Shown here: positions 27,166 to 35,703 of the stretch, piece after piece | Numbering within the stretch: the first letter of the stretch is position 1 | How the letters are laid out: every line of letters begins with the position of its first letter | Origin: Vicinamibacteria bacterium | Lineage (GTDB): Bacteria; Acidobacteriota; Vicinamibacteria; Vicinamibacterales; JAENWD01 | Assembly: GCA_963796915.1 (NCBI GenBank) | Contig: CAWCNI010000004.1 | Span: 130,758 to 194,757, forward strand | Direction: 5' to 3' | DNA length: 64,000 bases | Notes under the pieces: generated by a model | What the model was told of the DNA's origin: nothing | Seen by the model: only the letters and a program-made list of their open reading frames with translations | Databases searched by the model: none | Translations under genes and position numbers: made by a program

Positions 27166-27690
27166 GCACTTCTAAGTGCTGGGGTGCTGCAGTGCTGCGG
27201 TGCGGACGTGCGTGCTGAAGTGCTGGAGTGCTGGCGTGCGGCGGTGCGGTACTGAAGTGCTCGGGTGCTGGCGTGCTGAAGTGCGTGCTGAAGTGCTCGA
27301 GTGCTGTCGCGGAAGCGCGTGCTGAAGTGCCGGCAGCCGACGAATTCGTGGAGCAGAACGTGTAGGGCCAATCTTTAGATTGGCCGTCGTGTCCGAATCT
27401 GCAGCGGTAATGCCGATCTGCTGATGGCCGATCTAAAGATCGGCCCTACCGATGGCCCCGAAGACCAACGGTGTGAAGTGGTCAGCGCGCACTGCAGCAC
27501 TTCGGCACCGCAGCACGGCGAGCCCGGCGGCACCTGAGCACGCACTTCCGCACGCCAAGCACCCCGGTACTTCAGCACGCACTTCCGCACGCCCAGCACC
27601 TCAGTCACGCACTTCCGCACCCCAGCACCGCAGCATTTCAGCACGCACTTCCGCACCCGAGCACCGCAGCACTCCAGCACTTTGCGAGGG
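27166..27690. repeat. palindromic intergenic module: ~175-nt GTGCTG-type tandem arm, REP doublet, ~200-nt complementary GCAC-type arm
   Basis: The left arm (27166..27340) carries about 20 degenerate octamers (aagtgctg, gggtgctg, cagtgctg, cggtgcgg ...). REPs sit at 27362..27385 and 27426..27449. The right arm (27480..27683) carries the complements (gcacttccgcac, gcacttcagcac, gcaccgcagcac). Confidence 0.88.
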
Positions 27691-27694
27691 GCGC

Positions 27695-28453
27695 CTACTG
27701 TCCCATCCGCGCCCTGATTTCGTCCTTCAACTCCGGATTCACCTTCACGCCGGCTTTCTCGGCGGCCTTGATCTCGGCGAGCGCCTGCGGGTAGTCGGCT
27801 TTCATCATGTAGATCACGGCGAGGTTGTTGTGCGCCTCGCCGGACTTGCCGTCGACCTTGATCGCCGCCTTGTACTGCTGCTCGGCCTCATCGAAGCGCT
27901 CGCTGTGGAAGTAGGCGCTTCCCAGTGCGAGCAGCACGAATGACGGGACCGGGTCCTCGATGGCGATGTTGAGGCCGCGGGACTTGTCGTCGGTGGTCTG
28001 CCGGATCGCGTTGTCCACCTGGCGGAGCATGCCCTGGGTGCGTTCAGACTGCGGCCCCTTGCCGACCTGGGTCCGCATGTCCTGCAGTTCGAGCAGCCGG
28101 TCTGCGCGATAGCGATCCGCTTCCAGCTGGCTGTTGAACTTCTGGCTGGCCTGCGTGTTGTACAGCTGCCGGCACGTCGTCAGGGCGTCGATGGCCTCGA
28201 GGTAACGCTTGAGATATTGGTCGGCGCGGCCCAGGCCGTAGTAGGCGAGCTGGAACTTCGGGTGGAGCTCGATGGCGGCCTGGAACTCCCTGGCGGCTGA
28301 GTCGAAATGCTCGGCGTGCATCTCCTGCCAGCCGGTGGCGTAGTGCTGGCGGGCGCGTTCGAGGTTGGCGTTGGTCTGGCCGGTGCCGGGTGGCTGGGCG
28401 AGTGCGGGGACTGCGCAGAAGAGGATCAGCGCGGTCAGGACGATGCGATTCAT
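27695..28453 (-). CDS. secreted TPR-repeat protein
   Basis: ORF trimmed to ATG 28453, with GGAGGT 7 nt upstream. Signal peptide MNRIVLTALILFCAVPALAQ. Several TPR-like helices are present (AYYGLGRADQYLKRYLEAIDAL, ALGSAYFHSERFDEAEQQYKAAIK, AHNNLAVIYMMKADYPQALAEIKAA). Confidence 0.82.
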   Translation of the reverse strand: MNRIVLTALILFCAVPALAQPPGTGQTNANLERARQHYATGWQEMHAEHFDSAAREFQAAIELHPKFQLAYYGLGRADQYLKRYLEAIDALTTCRQLYNTQASQKFNSQLEADRYRADRLLELQDMRTQVGKGPQSERTQGMLRQVDNAIRQTTDDKSRGLNIAIEDPVPSFVLLALGSAYFHSERFDEAEQQYKAAIKVDGKSGEAHNNLAVIYMMKADYPQALAEIKAAEKAGVKVNPELKDEIRARMGQ

Positions 28454-28501
28454 AGCACCTCCGGACACGGCCCGGTGGGGAAGTGCGGGACGTTCCTGAA
28501 G

Positions 28502-28533
28502 AAAAAAGCCCCGCGAGCCGAAGCTCGCGGGGC
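28502..28533 (-). terminator. Rho-independent terminator of the TBDR-like gene 28563..31607
   Basis: An 11-bp perfect G/C-rich stem gccccgcgagc/gctcgcggggc with a cgaa loop, followed on the minus strand by a U6 run (plus-strand A run 28502-28507). Confidence 0.8.
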
Positions 28534-28562
28534 GTGGGAAACGAACCGAATCGGCGCTCCGA

Positions 28563-31500
28563 CTAGAAGACGAACTTCACGCCGAAGCGGGCGTTGATCG
28601 GCAGCTGCCAGGCGTTGTACTGCAGGAAGCGCGGATCCTGCGCGATGCCCTGGGCCACGATCTCCTGATCGAAGTTGACCTTGTGGTTGTAGAAGTCGGC
28701 CTGATCGAACGTGATGCCGTCGGTCTTCTGGTACGTCGAGTACTTCGAGACGCCGGCTTCCTCGTTGAACAGGTTGAACACCGTGAAGTTCAACTCGAGA
28801 CGACGTCCGCCACCCATCTTGAAGCCGTGCTGGATGAACAGGTCCGTCTGCGAGAACATGTCCGTCCGACCGTCGCTGCCCCGACCGAGGTACTGGTTCG
28901 GGTAGTTGCTGGTCGGCAGGATGCCGAGCTCGCGCGTCACCGGCAGACCGCTCGAGATGTACTCGTTCACTCCGATGGCAGTGCCGAAGTTGAACTGGTA
29001 GATGCCCTGCGCCTTGAGCTGGTTCGGACGATCCGTCGCCAGCGGTCCGTAGGACGGATCGCCGGTGCCGGTGAACATCATCGCCGGGTAGTCGTAGCTG
29101 CGGCCGACGTTTGGATCGGCACGGCCGTTCTCGTCAGACTGCGACAGGCCCGAGTAGTTCCCGTTCAAGCGGCTCCACAGGTAGCTGGCACGCAGCGACC
29201 AGTTGTTGGCAAACCGCTTGTCGAGGGCGAACTCGACGCTGTCGTACTGACGCTTCGGCTTCGGCATCGGGATGTTCGGGTTGGTGAAGGCCAGCGAGGT
29301 CAGCCCTTCGCTGGGGTTGGCGATGACGTAACCTTCGTCGCCAGCCGGCGTCAGGAAGCCCGTGTCCTCAACCGCACGATCGAGCTGCTTGTGAACGTAG
29401 TGCACGCTCACCGCAATCACCGGCGACAGCTCGTGGTCGATACCGGCCGTGAACTCCTCGCTCCGCATCGGCTTCAGGTTCGGCTCGAGTGAGTCGGCCC
29501 CAAGCGACGGGAGACGGAAGTTCGTCGAACGGATGAAGTTACCCGGGCAGGCCGGCGGGCAGCCGGCGGGCACCAGGCTGGTCCAGTCCGGCGTCTCCAT
29601 CGTGTAGTAGTACTCAATCCACTTCTGGCCGCCGAACGAGCCCTGCGGAAGCTCCAGCTTGAAGATGTCGTAGAAGACACCCCACGAGCCGAACACCTTC
29701 CACTTGCCGTCGCCGCGGAGGTCATACGCCGCGCCGATGCGCGGGGCCAGCTTGTCCTGGAACCCGAACTTGATGCCGAACTCCGGGATGTCCACGCCGT
29801 TGGCGTCGAGGCCCGTCGTGTAGGTCGGGACCTCTTCGCGCTCGGTGCGCAGACCGGCGTTGATCGTCAGCTTGTTGTTGATGGTCCAGGCATCCTGGAT
29901 GAACAAGCCAAGGAGGTTGCTGTGGACGTTGCCCTGGGTGATGAAGCCCGCGTTCGGGTCTGCATCCTGGCTGCGGACCGAGTAGTAGCCGTACTTGCCA
30001 TTCTGGCCCGCCAAGCATCCAGCGCCAGGGCATCCCTGGCCGAAACGCAGCGTCACGCGCGGACGCAGTTCGCCGCTGTTGATGTCCTCACCAAGGCGGT
30101 CGTACTGCATGCCGAACTTGACCTGGTGCTCGCCGCCGCCGTGGAAGTACGAGGTGCCGTCAGCGTGGAAGTACCCACGCGTGAGCTTGTCGTAGCTGAC
30201 CGCGGTGTTGCTCAGGATGTTCGTGAAGCCAGTGCCGTGCTGCAGGTTCGCCGGCACATCCAGGAAGTTGATGTTGTTCGTCGTCGTCCAGGTGTAGCGT
30301 GGCTCGTTAGGCACGTTGAAGTCGTTCGTGTCAGCGCTGCGGTAGCCGCCGCGGATGCCGACGACGAACTTGGGCGAGAGCACCCAGTTCATGTCGCCCG
30401 ACAGGACCCAGTTCGGGAACGTCGTGCCCTTGGCGTAGTTGGTGCCCGGCGTGTCGAGGCCGTTCAGCGAGGCCAGCAGGCCTTCCTGCTTGGACCAGCT
30501 GTTGTTGTAGGCGACGCGCGTGCGGATGTTGTTGCTGATCTGCGACGTCTGGTTGACGGTCAGGTACTGTTGCTGGATCTTGTCCGACGTGGAGCTGGCC
30601 GTCGCGGCGGGATTCTCCGCGGTCGACGGGCTCACATCGCGATCAAGATGCGTGATCGCCGGCTGGTAGGCGCCGAAGAACCACATCTTGTCCTTCTTGA
30701 TCGGCCCGCCCACTGCGAAGCCGGGCTCGATGCGCGTGCGCGAATCACCCGGGTAGTCGAGGAGTTCAGACTTGTCCGAGTCCGTCAGCGACGTGCGGAG
30801 CGTCTTCGCGGTTGAGGGCGCGCCCGCCGACGTGTAGACGGTGGCGCCGCTGAGCGCGTCGCCTTCGAAGTTGAACAGCACCGAGCCGTGGAAGTCGTTG
30901 CTGCCGCTCTTGGTCACGGCGCTGATCACGCCGCCCATCGCGCCGCCGTACTCGGCGGTGTAGCCGCTCGACTTGACCTGCACCTCGTCGACGAAGTCGA
31001 CGATCAGGTTCGTGCCCGAAAGGCCGTGCACCATGTCGGTCGTTTCCGCGCCGTCGATGATGAACCGGTTCTCCGAGCCGCTGGCGCCGTCGATGGAGAG
31101 GCCGCCGAGCTTGGTCTCCATGTTCGCGCCGGGCGCCTGCGTGACAAGCGACGTGAAGTCGCGGCCGTGCGGGATGAGCGCGATCTGCTCATCACGGATG
31201 TTGGCCTGACGTGACGTCTGCTTGGTATCGATGATGGGTGACTCGGCGGTGACCGACACCGTTTCAGCCACGCCGCCAACGGCCAGCGCCAGATCGACGG
31301 TCAGAATCTGACCGAGGCGCAGGTCGATGTTCTCCATCTTGGCAGGCGTAAAGCCCTGGAGCTTCGCCATGACTTCGTACTTGCCGGGGCGAAGGCCGAT
31401 GAACCGGAAGGCACCGGTCGCGTCGCTGACGGTGGTCGCCGCCACAGCGCCGGTGGACAGGCTCTTGGCCTCAACAGTGACACCCGGGAGCACTGCGCCC

Positions 31501-31607
31501 GAGGTGTCCTTCACAAGCCCGGTAATCGAGCCGGTCTGCTCCTGCGCGAATGCAGGCAGCGAAAGCGCCAGCACGCACACAAGGGCGTAGACAGCACGTC
31601 TAAACAT
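28563..31607 (-). CDS. CarboxypepD_reg-domain TonB-dependent-receptor-like outer-membrane protein (paralog 1)
   Basis: ORF trimmed to ATG 31607 (GGAGGA SD). 1014 aa with signal peptide MFRRAVYALVCVLALSLPAFAQE, a carboxypeptidase-regulatory-like beta-sandwich (ITGLVKDTSGAVLPGVTVEA...GKYEV), a plug-like segment (NRFIIDGAETTD) and the C-terminal barrel signature ...RFGVKFVF. Confidence 0.85.
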   Translation of the reverse strand: MFRRAVYALVCVLALSLPAFAQEQTGSITGLVKDTSGAVLPGVTVEAKSLSTGAVAATTVSDATGAFRFIGLRPGKYEVMAKLQGFTPAKMENIDLRLGQILTVDLALAVGGVAETVSVTAESPIIDTKQTSRQANIRDEQIALIPHGRDFTSLVTQAPGANMETKLGGLSIDGASGSENRFIIDGAETTDMVHGLSGTNLIVDFVDEVQVKSSGYTAEYGGAMGGVISAVTKSGSNDFHGSVLFNFEGDALSGATVYTSAGAPSTAKTLRTSLTDSDKSELLDYPGDSRTRIEPGFAVGGPIKKDKMWFFGAYQPAITHLDRDVSPSTAENPAATASSTSDKIQQQYLTVNQTSQISNNIRTRVAYNNSWSKQEGLLASLNGLDTPGTNYAKGTTFPNWVLSGDMNWVLSPKFVVGIRGGYRSADTNDFNVPNEPRYTWTTTNNINFLDVPANLQHGTGFTNILSNTAVSYDKLTRGYFHADGTSYFHGGGEHQVKFGMQYDRLGEDINSGELRPRVTLRFGQGCPGAGCLAGQNGKYGYYSVRSQDADPNAGFITQGNVHSNLLGLFIQDAWTINNKLTINAGLRTEREEVPTYTTGLDANGVDIPEFGIKFGFQDKLAPRIGAAYDLRGDGKWKVFGSWGVFYDIFKLELPQGSFGGQKWIEYYYTMETPDWTSLVPAGCPPACPGNFIRSTNFRLPSLGADSLEPNLKPMRSEEFTAGIDHELSPVIAVSVHYVHKQLDRAVEDTGFLTPAGDEGYVIANPSEGLTSLAFTNPNIPMPKPKRQYDSVEFALDKRFANNWSLRASYLWSRLNGNYSGLSQSDENGRADPNVGRSYDYPAMMFTGTGDPSYGPLATDRPNQLKAQGIYQFNFGTAIGVNEYISSGLPVTRELGILPTSNYPNQYLGRGSDGRTDMFSQTDLFIQHGFKMGGGRRLELNFTVFNLFNEEAGVSKYSTYQKTDGITFDQADFYNHKVNFDQEIVAQGIAQDPRFLQYNAWQLPINARFGVKFVF

Positions 31608-31947
31608 TCTTCCATCCTCCTCTTGGGGTCGAACAGCCGACCGGGCAAAACAGGTGGGTCCCAGTCCGGTCCCTCTATATGGAAAGCTCGTACCAGGCAC
31701 TGCTGAGCGCCTAAACATTTTCTTAACAATTACTTAGTGATGAGCCGCAGGTGGCGGGGCCGAGCAGAATATTGGATTTGACGAGCTGCAATACGGTTCG
31801 TTGGATCAGGGTTGGTCCCCTGATACCAGCAACTCGAACCCGTTATCGGTCGTCTGGCGTCTGGACTGGAGGGGACGGCGCGATTTCGTCCCTGGGAAAC
31901 CGCACGGAAATGCCCCAATTGGTCACACCTTATTGGGGACGGATAAC

Positions 31948-32000
31948 GGGCTACGGGCTACGGGCTACGGGCTACGGGCTACGGGGTCCGGGCTCCGGGC
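31948..32000. repeat. (GGGCTAC)x5 heptamer array followed by GGGGTCC/GGGCTCC variants
   Basis: Direct reading of 31948..31982 plus the degenerate tail. This is the reverse complement of the CCCGTAG arrays at 24446 and 57078. Confidence 0.9.
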
Positions 32001-32042
32001 TTCAGGACCCCAGGTTCCTCGAGGTCCTAGCCGTCGGTACAT

Positions 32043-32076
32043 AAAAAAGGGCCGGAAGCCTTTCGGCCTCCGGCCC
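32043..32076 (-). terminator. Rho-independent terminator of the TBDR-like gene 32102..35104
   Basis: Stem gggccggaagcc/ggcctccggccc (12 bp, one mismatch) with a tttc loop, followed on the minus strand by a U6 run (plus-strand A run 32043-32048). Confidence 0.8.
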
Positions 32077-32101
32077 TCGAGCACCCCCGTCGGGGCGGTG
32101 C

Positions 32102-35100
32102 CTAGAACTCGAATCGCGCGCCGAATCGAATCTGCCGCGGCGCCTGGAACTGGGGTCCCGAGACCAGTTCAGACACCGGCAGGCCGAAGTTCGGGTTCGA
32201 CACGCCGAAGGACTGCTCGACGAAGTTGTCGTAGCCAGTCGTGCGCTGGAGGTTGAACAGGTTGAAGATGTCGGCCAGCACCACCAGCCGCTGCCCGCCG
32301 AACTTGAACGCGTAGTCGGCGTGCACGTCGGTGTTGTACTCGAACGGCGTGCGCGTCTTGAAGCCGTCGGCGGTCTGGAAGCCGGCACCGCGCGGCGTGG
32401 TCGGGATTTCGCCGCCGCTGTCGTAGTTCGGGTTGGCCGCCAGTTCCGTCAACGGCGCGCCCGAGTTCATGGTCAGGCCCAGGCCCAGATTGAGGCCCAT
32501 GTTGAAGGTGTAGTTGCCGAACACCTTGATCACGTGCGGACGATCGAGCGGCAGTGGACCCTGGCCGAGCGCACCCAGGTAGCGGATGTCACCCTGGAAT
32601 CCGAACTGCGGCACGCCGATGGCCGTGTAGCTCGGGTCGTTGGTCGGGAAGTCGTAGAGCGACGTAATTCCCGGATCCGACTGCCCGTTGTCTTCGCGGT
32701 AGAAGCCCTCGAAGGTGCCTTCGAGACGCGACCACGTATACGACGCGTTGACCGCCCAGTTCTTCGACAGACGCTTGTCCACCGTGAACTCGACCGCGTT
32801 GTAGTTGTGGATCGGCTTCTCGTAGCTGGCGCCCAGATCGGTCAGCACCTGCGTGCTCGGTCCCGGGTTGGTCAGCGTGTAGTCGAAGCTGCAGCCCACG
32901 CCTTCGAAGGTGCAGGCACCGACGGGGTAGGGGCCGACGTCTTCGAGCACGCGCGGAATCGAGCGGTGGATGTAGCGCACCCCGACGTTCATGTTCGGCA
33001 GCGCCTCGAACTCGACGCCGCTGACGAACTCGTCGACGTACGACGACTTCGCGTTCGGATCGATCAGGTCGGCGCCGACGCCCTGCTGCTGGAAGTGGTT
33101 GGTCGTCGAGGTGGCAACGCCGCCCGGCGTCTGCGTGATCGTCAGCACGCCCTCGGGAATTGGCTGGGTCAGGGCGGCGTCGTAGTAGTCGTCGCGGCTG
33201 ATGCCGGCATCGGCCGACAACGCGCGTGCGGCGAGGTCGTTGGGAATCTTCGCGTAGAACCGTCCCCAGTTCGCGAAGATCTTCGAGCGGCCGTTCCCGC
33301 GGATGTCGTAGGTGGCACCGACGCGCGGCGCCCAGTTGCCGCTGAGCGTCAGGTCGTTCTCCGTGGTTCCGCTCGCGCTGATCACCTGGCCGACCAGCGT
33401 CTGCTGCTCATACCGCACGCCGGGACGAATCGTCAGCCGATCGTTGAGCATCGTGAAGGTGTCCTGCACGAAGAAGTCGCCGTAGTGCTGCTTGGTCTGG
33501 TGCGCCGCGACGAAGTTCGCACGCACCACGCGGTAGATCTGCCCGAGCCCGTTGACTTCCGGCAGGACCTGGATCTGCGCGCCGGTTGCGGTCTGCAGGC
33601 CGTTACTCGCCAGGAACGTCGGCCCCGTGCGCTGGTTGATGTTGTCGTACTCGATCTGCTCGTAGAGGAAGCCGTAGCGCAGCTGGTGGTTCCCGAGGAT
33701 CGTCGTCGCCTTGACCGAGTACTGGCTGTTGGTGCCGGCATTGCCCTGCTCGTAGAACCCGATGCCGCCGGTCGTGACGTTGGGCACGACCCGGAAGTCG
33801 GTGACGTTCCAGCTGTCGACCGACGGGGTCTCGACAATCGTGTTCTTGGCGTGCGAGTAGCTGGCCTCGACCACCATCCTGGGCGAGTAGACGCCGCTGT
33901 AGTTCACCGTCTGGTTGTGGCCGCCGTAGCTGAGCGCGCTGTACTGCGAGGTGTCCTGCGCGAGGAGCGCCGACGTCCGCTGCGGCCCGTTGTCGCCGGT
34001 GGCCGGGTCGCCGAAGAACGACGCGTCGATGTGGTGGTTCGACGACAGGTTGTACGTCGCCTTCGCCGAGTAGGACGTGATCTGCCGCTTGCGGTCGATG
34101 CTCCCCAGCTTGTAGAGCGGGAACTGATAGTTGCCGTCGGCATCCTGGTTGTTCGGCGCCTGGAAGGTCCGCGTTTCCCAGCTCGGGTCGATCGCGCCGA
34201 AGAAGAACAGCTTGTCCTTGACCACGGGCCCGCCCAGCGTCGCGCCGAAGTCGCCCAGGTCGGTGCCGAGCGTCTGCACGGTGCCGTTGGGCGATTCGAA
34301 CTGCTTCCAGTTGCCTTCCGCGCCCGATGGCCGCGTGTAGCCGAACGCGCTGCCCTGAATCTTGTTCGTGCCGCTCTTGGTGACGACGTTGACGACGCCG
34401 CCGATCGCCTGGCCGAACTCGGCCTCGTAGCCGCCGGTCTTGACCTGGACTTCCTTGACGAAGTCGTAGGGCGTGCCGTTGCCGAGCGAGCCGAACACGA
34501 TCGAGTAGGAGCCGAGCGCGCCGTAGCCGGTGTTGGTGATGTTCACGCCGTCCACGACGTACTGGTTGTCGAGGCCGCTGCCGCCGCCCATCGACGGGTT
34601 GGCACTGCCCGCGCTGCCGCTGCTCGTGACACCAGGCGCGAGGTAGAGCGCGTCGCTGAAGCGCCGGCCGACCGGGACGTTCTTCAGCGTCTCGCTGTCG
34701 ATCACCGCGCCGACGGTGGTGCTGCGCGTGTCGATGAGCGGCGAGCTCGCGGTGACCTCAACGGTCTCGGTGACGCCGCCGACTTCCATCTTCAACGCCA
34801 GCTCGATGTTCTGGCCGAGCCGGACGATGACCTCGTTCTGCTGGACCGTCTTGAAGCCGGCCAACTCGCCCTTGATGCTGTACGTCCCGGGCACGAGGAG
34901 CGGTACCGCGAATCGGCCCTCGGCGTCGGTGACTGCTGACTTGGCGCCCTGCGGTCCCGTCAACGTGACGGTGGCACCGGGAACGGCAAGGCCCTGCGTA
35001 TCGGTGATGCGACCGTTGACAGCGCCGGTCGTCTCCTGGGCCCAGCCATGACCCGCACCGATCAGCAGTAGCGCTGTCAGCAGGGTCAGAATGCGGCTTC

Positions 35101-35104
35101 TCAT
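32102..35104 (-). CDS. CarboxypepD_reg-domain TonB-dependent-receptor-like outer-membrane protein (paralog 2)
   Basis: ORF trimmed to ATG 35104 (GGAG SD). 1000 aa with signal peptide MRSRILTLLTALLLIGAGHGWAQE, a regulatory-like domain (VNGRITDTQGLAVPGATVTLTG...GTYSI), NQYVVDGVNITN, and the C-terminus RFGARFEF. Confidence 0.85.
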   Translation of the reverse strand: MRSRILTLLTALLLIGAGHGWAQETTGAVNGRITDTQGLAVPGATVTLTGPQGAKSAVTDAEGRFAVPLLVPGTYSIKGELAGFKTVQQNEVIVRLGQNIELALKMEVGGVTETVEVTASSPLIDTRSTTVGAVIDSETLKNVPVGRRFSDALYLAPGVTSSGSAGSANPSMGGGSGLDNQYVVDGVNITNTGYGALGSYSIVFGSLGNGTPYDFVKEVQVKTGGYEAEFGQAIGGVVNVVTKSGTNKIQGSAFGYTRPSGAEGNWKQFESPNGTVQTLGTDLGDFGATLGGPVVKDKLFFFGAIDPSWETRTFQAPNNQDADGNYQFPLYKLGSIDRKRQITSYSAKATYNLSSNHHIDASFFGDPATGDNGPQRTSALLAQDTSQYSALSYGGHNQTVNYSGVYSPRMVVEASYSHAKNTIVETPSVDSWNVTDFRVVPNVTTGGIGFYEQGNAGTNSQYSVKATTILGNHQLRYGFLYEQIEYDNINQRTGPTFLASNGLQTATGAQIQVLPEVNGLGQIYRVVRANFVAAHQTKQHYGDFFVQDTFTMLNDRLTIRPGVRYEQQTLVGQVISASGTTENDLTLSGNWAPRVGATYDIRGNGRSKIFANWGRFYAKIPNDLAARALSADAGISRDDYYDAALTQPIPEGVLTITQTPGGVATSTTNHFQQQGVGADLIDPNAKSSYVDEFVSGVEFEALPNMNVGVRYIHRSIPRVLEDVGPYPVGACTFEGVGCSFDYTLTNPGPSTQVLTDLGASYEKPIHNYNAVEFTVDKRLSKNWAVNASYTWSRLEGTFEGFYREDNGQSDPGITSLYDFPTNDPSYTAIGVPQFGFQGDIRYLGALGQGPLPLDRPHVIKVFGNYTFNMGLNLGLGLTMNSGAPLTELAANPNYDSGGEIPTTPRGAGFQTADGFKTRTPFEYNTDVHADYAFKFGGQRLVVLADIFNLFNLQRTTGYDNFVEQSFGVSNPNFGLPVSELVSGPQFQAPRQIRFGARFEF

Positions 35105-35571
35105 GAATTCTCTCCTTCGTTGGATCGTGATCGCTCCGCCGAAACCCGCCGGACGGTGGCGCCGTGACGAGGCGCGTTGCGCCAGAGCTGCTCCCATTCG
35201 TCACGGAACCTTGCCATTCATCACAACCCGCGTACTGATGAATTGAGCGCTCCGTCAGGGATAAGGGGCAAGCTGCGTGCCGGGTGCGAACAGGTGACCG
35301 CGCACACCATCACGGGGCGAGATGCGCGCGATCACGGCCCGATCGCTGATTTACGTGATCGATGTGGCGGATGGCCACAGCACTGTGCGGTTCGAGCGAT
35401 TGAATTCAGGGACCGATGGATTCAAGCGGTCGTATGGCGAGCTGTTTTTCTGACGGGTCCGAGCCTGTGACGAAGCGCGTGACGAGTTGACTCAGCAACA
35501 ATTCGCAACGCATCCGACAGCGAGTGTGGGCGCTCACTGCTGACGAGATGGCAAGGTTTTGAAAGGTACCT

Positions 35572-35606
35572 AAAAAAGGCCGGATGCCCCGACGGGACAC
35601 CCGGCC
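35572..35606 (-). terminator. Rho-independent terminator of the TBDR-like gene 35704..38787
   Basis: Imperfect G/C-rich stem ggccggatgcccc/gggacacccggcc with a gac loop, followed on the minus strand by a U6 run (plus-strand A run 35572-35577). Confidence 0.65.
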
Positions 35607-35703
35607 CAACCGACCGCAACCGACGACGCCGCTGCGTCGTCAGCTCATGCGCGGTCGCTATCTCCTGAAGGCCGCTCTGATCGGCCTCCAGCTCGCGGTG
35701 CGC

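Noticed and set aside
27057-27943. ORFs 27057..27371, 27375..27680 and 27452..27943 inside the palindromic module. Likewise 19549..20157, 62665..63042, 12104..12502, 3267..3689 and 49226..49450.
   Set aside because: They are translations of tandem repeats and REPs (peptides such as CWGAAVLRC, SARTSAPQH and ADLKIGPT). They have no SD or codon bias and the same repeat-derived peptide runs recur at unrelated intergenic loci.
31793-31843. Possible tRNA or tRNA-like gene
   Set aside because: Only two nested stems are present. There is no cloverleaf, T-loop GTTCRANYC or acceptor-stem geometry. I spotted no other tRNA-like sequence in the window.
32321-34939. 872-aa plus-strand ORF opposite TBDR-like paralog 2, and similar ORFs 28683..29492, 29922..30815, 35584..36441, 36610..37455 and 37915..38514
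   Set aside because: They are antisense to genes with a signal peptide, SD, terminator and barrel C-terminus. Their composition is V/R/A/D/E-rich and repetitive, typical of the mirror frame of G+C-rich genes.
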